Shown here one piece after another: positions 13,001 through 26,805 of a DNA stretch of 64,000 nt; within the stretch, counting starts at the first letter, position 1, and every line of letters starts with the position of its first letter. The stretch is from Zancudomyces culisetae HAW-14-8 (lineage: Eukaryota; Fungi; Kickxellomycota). The notes beneath the pieces were generated by a model. The model had not been told where the DNA came from, did not search any database, and was given only the letters and a program-made list of their open reading frames with translations. The stretch is from contig JBNJNM010000023.1 of assembly GCA_052426225.1 (NCBI GenBank), positions 868,001 to 932,000 on the forward strand, given 5' to 3'. The translations under genes and the position numbers were made by a program.

Positions 13001-15790
13001 GATGCAAGCTGGTGCTAATTAACAATAAATGGACGGGAAAAAAATATGTAAATGCAAATTAATACCAAAAAAACCCCACATACAAGTTAACTAAAAAATA
13101 TTATGTTTGAATTTATTTTTTATTATTTTATTATTATTTTTAGCCCTTTTTGTTATTATTATAAATTTGCATTTCCAAATAATCAAAAACAAGCAATTAT
13201 GTAAGCCTCAATTCCGTTAATGGTAATATTAAATATTTTCAAAAAAATAATAGAAAAAGAATCGATAAATTCCATGTATGTCGATTAGTAGACTTATCCT
13301 GATTCATTCAAATTAGCTGTCCCTTGACTTTTTAGATTAAACTAGTTATTAGATGCGTAATTAGTTATAGTGTTTATTTAGAATCTGTTGGATGTTTTTG
13401 CCTACCAGAATTTACACAAATCGCCACTCCTTTAAGCACTACCAAGTGCTTCTGTTGATTTACCAAAAATAGATACATATAGTTGTGATTTGCCGTTGAT
13501 TTAAAATGTATGAGGAAGTGTATACATGATTTTCATGTGATTTACTCGTGAATATCGAGCAACTGTCCAATAATTAATTTTAATATACCAGAAACATCCA
13601 AGATTATCAAATCCTCAAAAGAATGTTGTTTTTTCTTTGTGGAACAAAGTACACACAAGCACATAAAAGACAGGAGTTTAGATGATAGTAAATATCCTGC
13701 AATATACGCAGGTCCGAGAAAAACGAGCGCTGTAGTTTTGCTCATTTACTAGAATCCCTGCCACCTTTCATCATTCTGCACTTTGCACTTTGCACTTTGC
13801 ACTCTGGATTCCTCAACTCCCACACCTCAATTCCAAGATGATTTATGTCACTGAATTATACTATACAAAAGCGAGATTCACCTCTTGGGTTTTTGGATTT
13901 ACTGTATTTGTTTGTATCTCCTATTTGAGTAAGAAACTGTATCTTACTGAATGAATCTGCTGAGAGTAATTGGTTTATCAGAAGGATGATGCAACCCTAA
14001 TACTTGTGTAATTTGGATATATCGCACTTTAATTTATCTTTTCCCATGCTCTAAATCAAAAAGATGTACAAGAAAACAGGTTTCACGCGTGAATTGTGTT
14101 TCATTTACGTGTTTAGTATAATACGAATCCTATGTTTTTTTCTTTTTATTACCATTTCTCTTGGCTAAATCATCAAGTATCAGCAAAAAAAATCCCAGTT
14201 GTAGTTGCTAGTATCAGCTTAAAGTGACATACTCCTTAAAATCCGCAACTAAAATATACGACACCACTTTAATTTTGTTTTTATCAGATGCTGTCTCAAT
14301 AGGATAAGTATTAAATCTGTTATGGCTTTATACTTGGTGATAACACTCATATATTTATTGTTTCAACGTCCATATGCTTTTCCAAGTATATATACACATG
14401 TATTCGCTTATTTGGGATCCAACACTGTTTCTTTTGAAGAGATTTTTAAAAAAAGCAAACAAACACCAAAACCCAATCAATGCCCTTTTTGTGTACTCAA
14501 ACAAAGTCACTGCTGTGAGGAGTCAGAAATCGAGAAATCGATCTATTAGAAATTAGAGAAAATGGCGGATGTGAATATCAATAAGAAATGTGTAAAATCT
14601 TGTAATGCACCGAATAATTAAAATTGTTTTTTGTATATCTAGCTTAGCTCATAGATACATACACAGTAAATCAAACATGTGAGGTAGGTAGCGGATTCGA
14701 AAAACTGATATTAAATCTAATATATATATGTATACATTGGCTAATCAGTTTCATGCTGGTTTGATTAGATGGCTTATTGTATGTATTTATGCCTTATTTC
14801 TGAGGTTGATTGTATAACAGGTAAAATTGTGTCATATTTTTGAAAACCAAGTACATAATTGAATTACGTATACACATACTTGTAAAGTCAAAGTATATGA
14901 AATATCCATACACTATAAAGTTCCTTGCCTAACCTTAAGAATGATTTGCATATTCATGTACTCTTCACTTCTCCTTGTCACATAGAACGAGCTTTTCAGA
15001 TCATTTGACTTTTTGATATACAATTTTTTTTGTACTGTTCTTTTTTTATATTACTTCATAAATAACAACTCTTTAGACTTACTGAAACAGTACTGTATCC
15101 AACACCAAACTAGCATACAGTAATAATAAGCAAATAGGTTCTACTTGTGTTGTTCAAAACAAAAATCATTTCTATACACGATTCATTGATTCCTTCCAGA
15201 AGCAGCTTGTACAATGTTGAATAGTAAATTTAGAATTGATCAAAGCATAATTCTTTATTGTGCTAAAAAATATGTTTGAGTACAAACACTATCTCATTTT
15301 TTATGTTTCCTATACTGTTAAACAATAAAAGGCAAGAAATTGATACCAGAATGAGTGGGGGAGAGGGGGGGGGGTGAGGAAGGTCACGTTTTCCAGACAT
15401 TTTACTGCCTTGGTTCATCATGATCAATTCACTTTGTAAAGTGAGAAAGTGAGCAGATAAGCACGTGCAGGGACTACATGTTTGAGCATTGACTTTTATT
15501 TTATTACTTTTTTTTTGTGTCTAATAAATACGAAAAAGATCTTTTGGTTATAACAAACCAAAGTAGAGAATGTATAATACTGTATAATGGGAACATCTAC
15601 AACAGCTGGAGATGATAGTCATATTGATAAGAAAAAAATCTCATCAAGGGAAAATGTGTGGACAAAAAAAAGTAATACTGATGCTGGTGCTGGTGCTGGT
15701 GCTGGTGATATAAACTAGTACAGTGAAATGGTACTGGGTAGGAGGGGAGTGTAGAAACTTAAATGGGGAGACCCTCTCTAACTCCAAAGT

Positions 15791-16979
15791 CTAGCACAAA
15801 CAAGTACCATCTGAGTTGTCATCACTTGATGATACGTCCACGGTTTTATCGACCTTTTTTCTCCATAAGCTAGGGGTTTCTATAATCTGATGATTTTTGC
15901 GTTGAAAGATTTTAGTAAGTTACACATTTGGCCTAAAATATCCAACTCATCACCTTTTCCTCACTCTATTTTTTCAGAAAAAAAAACAAATATGTTACCT
16001 TGTAAACCAGCTCTTCCATAGCTTGTTGAACGCCGACCTTCGTTTTTGCGCTGCACTCTAAAAATAGCGCATTTTTTAGCCTAGCATATTCCGAACCCTC
16101 CTTTCTGGTGACTTTACGTTCAGCCTCCTAAATTATAGTACAAATCCCAAAATATAAAAGGAGTTGTTAAAATTTTAACATCTGGAATATACTAATGTGT
16201 TTTTTACAAATCTATTGTAAGATTGCACACCTTGTCTATCTTGTTTCCGATGATTATCTTCACAATATCGTCGTTCTCGCAATAGGTATTTAGTTCTTCA
16301 AACCACTGATTTAAATGTTGAAATGATTCCGCATCGCAAACATCGTATACTAAATTTTAATTAACACCGCTTTTACAGTTATACCGCCGTTTTTTATCTA
16401 GCTTTAGTACATAATGTCAGGAAGAAGTTATGATTAATACCTAAAACAATTCCTTGCGCACCCCTATAATAAGAGGATGTCAACGTTCTAAATCTTTCCT
16501 GTCCTGCAGTATCCTAGTGAAATTTATACCATACAGGTTAGCCGTATTGAATAAAGGGTTGAAATTTAGGCTCATCTTACAAATACAGCATCGATGGCTA
16601 GCAAAAAAAAATGAAATATGACTCACCCATATTGTTAATTTATATTTCTTTTCCTCAATATCAATCAGCTTTACTTTAAAGTCGACACCTAATTGTATAT
16701 TTAATGTTTTTCAGTTTTACAAGAGGAATTTATTTACTTTACTTGCTGTTCGAACACATTTTACGACATTTCTTCGCATAATAATACAATATTTATATTT
16801 TGTAAATGGTTATAAAGTGAAAAGTGTGTATTAGTATCTTTGTTTTTACCTATCGTTGGTGTAGATTCACCAGGTGCCAAAAACTCGTCGCTGGTGAAAC
16901 GAAGTAGAATAGAGGATTTTCCTACCCCCGAGTCTCCAATCATCAAAAGTTTAAACGTAGCTACAATTTCAGTGTTCAT
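15791..16979 (-). CDS. RAB18: Rab18 small GTPase, 6 exons
   Basis: Spliced product GDSGVGKSS...TIG|VDFKVK...IW|[24 protein letters not shown]|VYDV...GNKIDK|...[20 protein letters not shown]|IIETPSLW...GTCLC*. Ends in a CxC prenylation motif. Confidence 0.9.
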
Positions 16980-17602
16980 TATTAATATCTCTGATAAAAT
17001 CTACCTTGGTTTTGGTCTCTATAAAGATTCTAATGCAAAGTAAAACAAAAATATTAAAAATAGTGCTAAATAAGCGGTTCGGAGTTTACTAACAGCTTTA
17101 AGTTGGGTTTGCTGTTTATTTATGTGTATGTGAAAATTTACATGAGTGGTTCAGCTTTCATCATTCCTTTTATAAAAAGAACACAAATGTGGTCAGCTGA
17201 GCTTTTGCAAATACTGCCAAATACTACATTGGTCTCATGTTCATTATTTTTTGCGTGTGCAAACAAAGTGAATTTTGAAACGTATGTCCACAACAGTGAT
17301 CGAATTGTTGGCAGCAAAAACAATATAGATACATAAAATGTGACCAGCACTAAGATTGACTTGTGTTAATTAGGGCACAAAAATGGTGCATAGTAGCGGT
17401 TAAGAGGGGAGGGAGGGTGGTATGATGTTAGAATAATCAGCATATAAGGGATTGCTACTGAAATTCACGAGTAACTTGACCGGAAAAACAGTTGCTAGTA
17501 GATTGGTTGCTAGTAGAGTATTTTGCTACTATCTTATCTTTTGCGTTTCCCAAAAAGTTTAGAAATTCATTTCTCACACTCCAATCAGATATAAATTTTA
17601 TC

Positions 17603-17618
17603 TAATTCCCCATAACTA
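17603..17618 (+). promoter_or_regulatory. Candidate snRNA proximal sequence element upstream of U4
   Basis: TAATTCCCCATAACT about 60-73 nt upstream of the U4 5' end. Position and sequence resemble PSE/USE elements. Confidence 0.35.
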
Positions 17619-17675
17619 AGTAAATGGGAATATACAGAGTTAAATATTGATTTGCGAGAAAGCGTGGAAAAAACT

Positions 17676-17816
17676 ATTCTTGCGCACGGGTATATCTGCA
17701 CCAGTGAAGTACTAACTGAGGTCGGATTATTGCTAATTGCAAACTATACCAATGCCCCGCTACACGACTTCTCCTGAAGGAGTCGGGTGGCAATATTTGG
17801 AGCCCCTAAAAGGGCG
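17676..17816 (+). ncRNA. U4: U4 spliceosomal snRNA
   Basis: ATTCTTGCGCACGGG...CCAGTGAAG...CTGAGGTCGGATTATTGCTAATTGCAAACT...CCAATGCCCCGC...CGACT...AGTCGG...GCAATATTTGG, then a 3' hairpin GCCC/GGGC. Colinear with the known U4 layout: U6-pairing stems, 5' k-turn stem-loop and Sm site. Confidence 0.9.
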
Positions 17817-18160
17817 GTACATTAAAAATTAACAAAAATAGAAATTATAAACTGATGAGTGAAGGGGCGTTTGCACTTTGTTTGACCTACACGACATTCG
17901 TTCGCTCTATTTTCATTTCTTCTTATTGCTGATGTGTAAACACTGCTGTGTCTTAGACAATGCTCTGATGTCCTGTTTTGCCTCAGCTAGTGAGTTGTCA
18001 TTTGTTGACTACGATTTGTTTATTTTTTGTGAAAATGTACCACACTGCAAATAGTATCCTGTTAGATAATTATGCCATAGTTAATTCAGCAAAATAAAAA
18101 TGTACGCATAAAAAAAGCCTGCATAATACAAAAAACAACCGTAAAATTGTAAAAAAGCAA

Positions 18161-18232
18161 CTCCGATACGGGGAATCGAACCCCGGCCGTCTCGGTGAAA
18201 GCGAGAAATCCTAGCCACTGGACCATATCGGA
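18161..18232 (-). tRNA. tRNA-Glu (TTC)
   Basis: TCCGATATGGTCCAGTGGCTAGGATTTCTCGCTTTCACCGAGACGGCCGGGGTTCGATTCCCCGTATCGGAG folds as a cloverleaf; a T6 terminator follows. Confidence 0.95.
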
Positions 18233-18240
18233 AATACAAA

Positions 18241-18312
18241 CTCTCGGACCGGGAATTGAACCCGGGTCTCCAATGTGACAGACTGGGATACTGACCACTA
18301 TACTATCCGAGA
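18241..18312 (-). tRNA. tRNA-Asp (GTC)
   Basis: TCTCGGATAGTATAGTGGTCAGTATCCCAGTCTGTCACATTGGAGACCCGGGTTCAATTCCCGGTCCGAGAG folds as a cloverleaf. Confidence 0.95.
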
Positions 18313-20551
18313 ACTTTTTTGTTAAGCACTCTGTAGTAATATAAACCTTGGATTGATTTTTATTATAAAATTTATTTTTTTGGAGTATGTAATTTAGGAA
18401 ATAATAGTGATATAGATATGGTGCATCATGGTAATCTTTTCGGGTATACTGGTCTTGAATTAAATTTTGCAATTTTCTACTTTTAGGTTTATCCATCTTG
18501 TATATTCTATCATCTTTTGCAAAAGTTTCTAAATTCAAATATACCATTCATAAATAAAAATCAAATTCCACAGAATGTCTTTGGAGTTTGACTGTGCGCG
18601 TGCAAGAAGCGATTGTATCCGTGTAAATGTCATGAATTCATTTATTTATTGATTAGTCTTAAACACAATGATTGCGTTTAATTAAAAAAAGCAAAAAACC
18701 GGAGAGCTTATACTCTACTTTTGATACGGGAGTGTTTGTGTAATGTGTTGGATAACAATATTCTGTGCCAACCTATTCAAATTTCTATACATGCCATTGA
18801 AAAATAAGCAGCTTTTCTTTATTGGAATTCAATATCAATACCAGCTAATGAAAAGATCTCTTCTTTTAGTATTTCCTCTAAAACTTTGCCATCCTTGGTC
18901 CCGATCCAATTTTTGCTAGCTTCATTATACTCAAACCTTTTTGGTCCCCTAAATTATTATTCCATCATCGTTTTGTATTTGCAACAAAAGTATGAGAAAA
19001 GAAAAGTCGAAAACTTACGATATTGGAGAGGAGAACCAAATTTGCTGATTTGGAGGTTGTTGGTTAAGCACATAAGAACCCATGTCGCCCATGTTTATAT
19101 TCAAAACCCCCATCTAAATATATTCAAAAAGGTGTTTCAATGTATTTTTTTTTGGAAATATTACAGTATATTGTATTATGTATAAAGTTTATACCGCGTA
19201 GTCGACGTCAAAATTGTCATTGTTTAGCTCGCTAAACGTCTCTTCTATTTCTTCATAAATCTTGACTAGTGTCTGATCTGAGATTTTTCGGTATTCGTTT
19301 TCATTTTTAAATCTAATTTAGGATATGGTAAATCTTGATTCAGAGTGTTGGTTAAATAGTGTCACGATTATCACCATTAATATAATTGTTTAATTATTTT
19401 TACTTGAAAGGCTTCTGAAATGAATATACTTACTTGTCTAATATGACCGTCCCGCCACTTATGTATCTTAGTGTGTGTTTACTACCCCGGTGAACATTTA
19501 TCCCATAAAAAAGATTACTATTGCCACTGATTTTTGATGAATTTTTATTTTTATAGATTGATGTTATTAATCGAGTGAAAAGTGGTGTTATTTTTGAATT
19601 GTTCATTCTCTAGAAGCGTGTTTGTCTTATTGTCTATTGAATTGTTCTGAAAGCGTGGGATAGCTGAATATTGGCTAGCTTTAGTTCAGTTATTTCAATT
19701 GTAGTTATTTTGTTTGATATTTATTTTTCTTTCTTTTTTTAATTTTTTTTAGTTTGTGATTAAAATTGATTAGCCTGGGGGGGAGGGGGGATTAAACTTA
19801 AGTAATCCAAATTGGTTTACCCAGAGCTTCAAATCACGAGACCCACATGAACAAATTAATTTTTTTCGCTTACATTAAGCTAGATTAGCCTATGCATGTA
19901 TACATACTATCCTGCTACAAAAATATGTACATATAAAACATACCCTCCACCCCCCCCCCTTTCTCAAGTATCGCAAACCGCTTTTATGCAAAAACTGTCA
20001 CACTTTTCTTGGTAATACTTGGTTAATCTTTAACCACAAAAGACCCTAAAAACGCACACTACCCAGAACTATACCTCCGTTTAAATTTTCTGCATTTTAC
20101 ACTTTTTTCAGCATACTGCTAGTTGGTAGTAAACACTGAAATAAACACTAAACAAAATAACCACATTATTTTCAATCAATTTATATCATTTATTCTGTGC
20201 TTTTATTATCAAATTAAGCGTTAAAAATTGGGTTAGTTTACATTGCAAATAAGACTAAAATATAAATAAGAGTAATATAAATCTTAAATAGCACTGGATC
20301 AAGGGGTGAAGGAGGGATAATCCGGTAAATATATACGGGTATTTTGTAGTTATAGTACAAAATATAATACATTTGGTTGTGGTACTCCAAACCTACTAGC
20401 TCATTTCCTAGGTTTGGCTTCATTTGAAGTAATTATTAAAGACAACTTTTCTGTCTTTTGGTTCAAATCAACTCGGTTTTCTCTCCTCGAGTTAAAAGAG
20501 GATGTAATATTATTTACACTGTTTTGCAATAGATCAACTGTAAAATTGGCG

Positions 20552-21745
20552 TCAGTAGCTGTCAGTATTTATCTTTTGACTACATCTCTTACAATTAAGC
20601 AGTTTTCCTGAGGATATCTCGGTCTTCATTGGTACATAATGACAATTGAAACAGTAAACACCCCCTTTCTTATATCTTAGCCCGCATGAGTTGCACAAGG
20701 ACAGTATGTTATCCCAGCTAGGTCTCCAGCAAGGTGTGCTGGAAACCTTACACGATGCACATACTCTCTGTGACGAGGCGGGTTTTTTTGGTATATTTTG
20801 ACCACTCTTCGTATGCTTTGATGTTGCCTTTTTTCTATGGGGAATGGGCGAGATTGGCCCCTGATGTAAAATATTTCCATCATATCTACTATTAAACGGT
20901 CTATACGCATCATCCATATTTACTCTTTTCTCAATGTTGGACTTTAAATTTTCTATACCCTGGCTTCTGCCAGAACCTAATCCCTCTCCGCCAAATCCTA
21001 CTTGTTTAACAGGTCCTTTTGACCTAGACGCTTGATACAGAAGCTCAGCTGCTCGCTTCTCTTCTGGGATATATTTATTTTCAATGTCATAGCATCCAGA
21101 GGAAAAAACTAATTTGGGTGTTGGTGGGTTTCTAAATGTCTTTGGTGCCCTAGCAATATCCAAGTTAAACTGCGGTCTATCTCTTATATTATTCTTTTTT
21201 TCTACCTCGTGGTTTCTATCTATATGTCTATAACCGAGCTTTTCATCTGTATTGTTAATTTCTTTGAGTTTTGGCAGGGTGACGCGGTTATCATATTCAC
21301 CTCTTGTTAAATTAGGATAGTGCTTTTTTGAGTTTTCAAGGTTCTCACTTCCCACTCTATCATTTTCAACTAGATGTCTGACATGGTTTGGTTCAACCTG
21401 ATATGTACTCCTATATCTTGTGAAATCGTTTCTGTTTTTGTTTACAGCTGAATGTGAACTCTCATTAACTAATGCCTCCACTCTCATTACTGAAACGCGG
21501 TCTGTGTCGACTTTAAGTTTTTTGGAGGGACTCTCATGAATGAGATTTGCAAGAGACATGGATAGACTCTTTTGTCTTGGTGAGCTTTCGTTCATTTTAT
21601 CAGTAGATTCTGTATCTTCTTTTTGATTAAAGCTTAATATAACACATTGAGACTCAGACACATCATCCTTGCTTGGTGCGCGCAATGGTACACCCTTTTT
21701 ACGTTTACGAATCGGTTCTGATAAACTTTTGACCATCAATGCCAT
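20552..21745 (-). CDS. Ash1-like GATA zinc-finger transcription factor
   Basis: C-terminal RVCASCKVSSTPCWRPSW...LCNSCGLRYKK followed by extra CxxC...CxxC, as in the Ash1 finger. First ATG at 21745. Confidence 0.8.
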   Translation of the reverse strand: MALMVKSLSEPIRKRKKGVPLRAPSKDDVSESQCVILSFNQKEDTESTDKMNESSPRQKSLSMSLANLIHESPSKKLKVDTDRVSVMRVEALVNESSHSAVNKNRNDFTRYRSTYQVEPNHVRHLVENDRVGSENLENSKKHYPNLTRGEYDNRVTLPKLKEINNTDEKLGYRHIDRNHEVEKKNNIRDRPQFNLDIARAPKTFRNPPTPKLVFSSGCYDIENKYIPEEKRAAELLYQASRSKGPVKQVGFGGEGLGSGRSQGIENLKSNIEKRVNMDDAYRPFNSRYDGNILHQGPISPIPHRKKATSKHTKSGQNIPKKPASSQRVCASCKVSSTPCWRPSWDNILSLCNSCGLRYKKGGVYCFNCHYVPMKTEISSGKLLNCKRCSQKINTDSY

Positions 21746-24700
21746 TATATTCAATAGCTATTTTTATTCCAATAGCTATTAGTCCCAAGTAAGATATATT
21801 TTTTTACTACTCTGTTCTAGAGATGATAAAGAATATTTCCGGGGTAATCTTAGGTGTTTATTATGATAAATTCTAACTAAATAAGTTTGTTATGCGTTTT
21901 ATTGAATGATGCCCCGTTTTTTTTCATATAGATTTTTTTTTTTTGATAATTCCTCAAAGTTTATATATATTTTTATTTGCTAAGAAAGGTGAATTCTTAT
22001 TCGAGCTATTTTTTAATTTATACACACCCCTCCTTCCCCATTCCTCCCCCCAGCTTCAAAAAAAAGGATCAATAAAAAATGGGCGAAAAAAATGGATCAA
22101 CTGAGCTAGCATTTACTGTTTTTACTACAGACCTATTGTGAAGTGTAACTCAGTAAATTAAATCACTTCAATTGGCCTACTGACCCTAAAAGGTGGATTT
22201 TTTGATTGTTAAAGCTGTTTATTTTATTCATTAATTACATTTCCAAGTTTATCCTACGATGAATGTAATAAGTGGCCTCAATATTGTGTGCCTACACACT
22301 AAAATACAGTAATAGCGGGTCATCAATCAGAAAGCTTGAAATTATTCGAAATCCGAGTATCACCTACTCCCATCGGGTTGATGCTCTCATTTTCAACACA
22401 TTTTCCAAAACTCATTAATTGTATTTCACTTTTGTGCAAGTGAATATTTTGAAGGTTTCTTACTTTTTTTTTTAAACCATGCTTCGCATAGATTGTAGAC
22501 ACAATAAATCAAGATTTTTAAAGAATATTTTGAGAATCTCGATGAACAACATTAATCATTGTAAATCAACTTGCTTGATGAAATGTAGAACCATTTTTTC
22601 CCTTATTTTATCATGTATACATATACTGTGCTCATTTTTCCCTTTGTTGCATAAACCCAAGTTTCTGCAACGTTAAATAGTCTGGAATCTATTTGTGCCC
22701 AGGCATTTTGATGTGTATGCTTGCACTAACAATAACACAATAATGAAAGACTAAAAAAAAAAAAAGATTCTATAAGAATGTGGCTTCTTCAAATAGAATA
22801 GCGTATTTTCTGCATTCTTTGAAACAGAATATTACTATCAAACAATCAAAATGGTAAGCTCAATATCATCCTTCCCCGGACAATATTAAGAACTGTTTTG
22901 TTCTAGAACTGGCATTTGGAAGTCTGGATGTGATTTGTCTTTTGTGGCTAATCTTTTACTGCTTTCCGTCTTGTAAATTATAATCACTCAATAGGGGAAT
23001 GTTTCACACATTGTTTCATTCTACTTGCACTTATGATGAAGTGATTTGCCAATCCCCTAAAACCCATGATGAGATAAATAAATTACAGCTAATTGTGCAA
23101 CTTTTGCTAGGCAAGCCCAGAGCCGAATTTCGAACCTCAACGTGGGCTTCGGAAATATTAAAAAAGACCCTCTCCACTATATTACCTGTCTTTTTTTTTC
23201 TCACCATTCAAGTTGGATGATGATAAACCTTGATTTTATTGTTATTTGTGTGGATAGCTTATCAGTAAAAAAAAACAGTTTTTTTCTAAAAGTAGGAACA
23301 ATGTCTAAAATAAATCTTTCAGGCTTTGTGATAAAAGGCGATTGAGAGCCAGACACATCATTAATTAGCTCTACTAAAGTATAATGACCCGAATACTAGT
23401 CATACTCACACTTCAGTACAGGCAACATCACTTGTTTTTATTTATTTACGTGGCCACTTTATCCAGCTCTGATCATTTGGTTTTTTTTGTTCCCCTTTTT
23501 CAATGAGAAAATATAATCAGCAACCCTTATCACATTACCATTTATTTGATGTATGAGTAATACCATTCATTTTTCACAGGATCAACAAGGTGATTAAATT
23601 TTTTTGTGGTAAATTTTTTTCCAATTACTTTGCAAAAGGTACTACATAATGAAAATCAAAGATCTCCAGTTTATAGGAAATTAAACGGGCTCCAACATAA
23701 TGATTTTTCTTTAGGTCTTTGAAAATAATGAGCGTAAATCAGAGGGCTTTTTATTCTGCAAACTGCTGACATCAACAAAACCAAAACATGTTACGCCTCC
23801 TGATACAAGACGCCGCCACTTCGAAACTTTATCGGTGTCATTGGTTTTACACGCCTGCTATAATAATATCATAGTGAGAGATATTGTGTCTAATATGACT
23901 TTTATTTTTCTTTTTGCTATTTTTTTGTTTGTAGTATTTTTTTTGTTTGTAGTATGGTTGGCACAAAATTAAAACTTTTTTAGGCTCAACTTCATCATTT
24001 CATCTCTATATTGTGTTGTTATTCCACGTCTAAAAAAGACATCTCAAAGGCGCTGAAGAGAATAGGGGGCACAAAGTGTTCGAGAAAAATACAGTGATAC
24101 ATCATTGAAAAAAAAGTAACATTGAGTCTTAAGATTGAGTAATTTAAAAGGCATTGGCACAGTGGCTATCATGTTTTCTTAATAAACTAATAGTATTATA
24201 GTTGCTATTTTGGGTAATAAATTCTTATTCTGAATTCTCGTTCCAAAGTAGCTGGCATATTGTTTGAAGTTTGGCTTGCTCAAAGTATCATTATGCTTTA
24301 AATGCTTGGTATCTATTTAATGTCTCAATTTGCATTATACGTAAATGCAACCATTCCGATCGTTTTTTTCTCCCCACTCTTGAATCAATGGGCCAACAAC
24401 CCATTGTATTATCAGTGTGAAGGAGTTATGACTGACGACCATTTTCTACTATCCAAATACCTCAATTTTCTGCAACATTTTCCTTGGACAAAACATGGCC
24501 ATTTTTAGTAAATCTAAAGAATGGTTTGTCAGCTTGGGTTGCAATTACTCTCAATTTTCAGAACATTGCTGGCAAACAATGTGTCTTATGAGTAATTGGT
24601 ATGAATATTATTTTTGGACGATTTTCATTGCCATATATCTTCCTTTGGTTTATTTTCAATTAAATCCACTTCCCCACAAGGCGATTAATTGGGTAGTTTC

Positions 24701-26805
24701 AATTGAATTCCTCAACAAAAATATTTACTGTTTATATTATTTTAGTAAACTGGTCAGAGTAGCAGCTTTTGTGAATTGCAGAGCTTGAATGTACAATTAA
24801 ACCCCAAAAGCCATTTGGAAAATGTGTACAAAGTTCATTATATTAAAGAATTCAATATCTAAATACAATCTAAGCCAAGCACATAAGCATGCTCCGACAG
24901 AGTTGGTAAATGTATTAACCCAACATAAAAAACAGCTTATTATATGTGTATCATGTCTGTACGCCATTTTCTAATTGATGTTAAACCCAAGGTTTGAGAT
25001 TTTTGCGTGGTTTTGTCATCTTATACATGAGTTTCCGTTTTTCAAATCAGCTCCTCTCTTGATCAAGTACGATTTACATCATGTAAATCCCAATTGCATA
25101 AGTAACTTTTTATTTATTCTTTTTACTGATAATGGGAATACCATTATTGTTAAAAGGGTATTTATCAACGGTCTAATAAAACAGCTTTAAAAAATAGAAC
25201 ATTTGTTTTTTACGCAGAATTTTTTTTGCGAGTAAACATACATATACACATACACAGCTCTTGGAAAAGTTGCTTGCCGAAAAAAAACAATGACCAGACC
25301 AGAATATATTTGCGTTAATAACCTGATCACGCCATCACAACATTGTAAGTGCAGCTACAACATCTTTAACTTTGTGATCAAGTCAAAACTATAGAATGCA
25401 CACATCTCACCATTGACGTCATGTTGTCTGCCTTTTTACGTTCGGATATTATACATTTCTTTTGTTGTAAGCATAAAATAAAGGAAAGGATGTATGGTGC
25501 CTATCTGTTGGCACTATGTATCTCTTTTACTTGATCAGATGGAATTAAAAAGTGGTATGTTCAGAGACACGTGTGTTCAGAAAAAGGACTATGTATGGCT
25601 TTACATCAACATACGGATGAAATGGTGCACTTTCCAATGTTTTGGTCTTCTTTTTACGCACTTTGTTCTATTAAACTTTTAATAATAGAGATGAGTATTG
25701 CAAAAAAAAAGGAGAAAAAAAGAAAGCAATTTTTTCAGATGCCATGGTAACTCGGCTTTCATTTGACTATTTAAACCTAGTAAGTCTGGTTCAGTGAAAA
25801 ATGGTTTAGCGTAATATTAAACACCAATCGAGCGTTTATTCTATGGTTGTTATAAGAGGGTAGGTGCGTACCATCTTCACGCCCAAACAAAAGTCTGAGT
25901 TTTATTACTCCTAGTTAACAGTGTATGAATTTTCTCATTTACATACTTGATTAGAGCAAATATTGCGTTAAATGTATTTTTACTCAAATATCAGTGATAA
26001 ATACCACTAAACCCACTTATTACAAGATAAATGTCGTAATAGATACATGGCTAGCCCAAACTAATAGCTGAGAAATGAAAACCCAGCAAACTCGACCACA
26101 ATTCTAGGTTGAATTGCATCTTTTTTTTTTGTAATAATATAATTATTATTTGTTTCCTGCTTAATAACGAATAAAAAACATTAAAAGAGCATGTTGCATT
26201 TAGCAAGTATAATGTACAATTAATCGCCAGTATTCTTGCTTGGTTGTGTTGTAGTTAATACATTTTAGCTTTATCTAACTTTTTGAAAGCATTTGTCCTG
26301 CCAATTTCCATTTATTTTCGAGCCTTGGAAACCAGCAGCAAAAAAAGTAACGATTCCAGCGGTAATTTGACAAACATTATGTTTCAATTTTCTACTGGCC
26401 AAACCACAAAAAAAATAAGGAAACATTATTCGATTTTTGTTACAATGTCTTTTCAGATTGGAAACAATTTGAAGTAACAAACGGAAGCTAAAAAATAACC
26501 AATCATATTAGCCAAACTAGATTTACTTTATTGTTTTTAAAGAATAGGGTAATATGAAATAAGGTGGAATGAAAACAAGCCAGATTACAAACCTAAAAAA
26601 GGATAACTAGCAATTAGCATTTGTTGGTGGTAGATTTGAATTTTTAATGCCAATACCAAAGTGTAAGTTGTAGCAACGACAGGGAAAATTAACACACGAG
26701 ATAAAAACTAGCAAAAGAAAGAAATAAAGGTAATTGAAAAGTCATATCTAGGAGGTACTATAAATGGATTGAGACATGTAAAATGCCATTTCTACTACTC
26801 AATAG

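Noticed and set aside
10006-15790. Short ORFs in the long SFP1-RAB18 intergenic region
   Set aside because: Low-complexity, no domains and no consistent exon chain; probably regulatory DNA.
18086-18547. 153-aa ORF
   Set aside because: It overlaps the two tRNA genes and appears to be a chance open frame.
21800-26800. Possible decayed gene or transposon relic
   Set aside because: I could not find terminal repeats, TSDs or protein motifs by eye; a translated homology search is needed.
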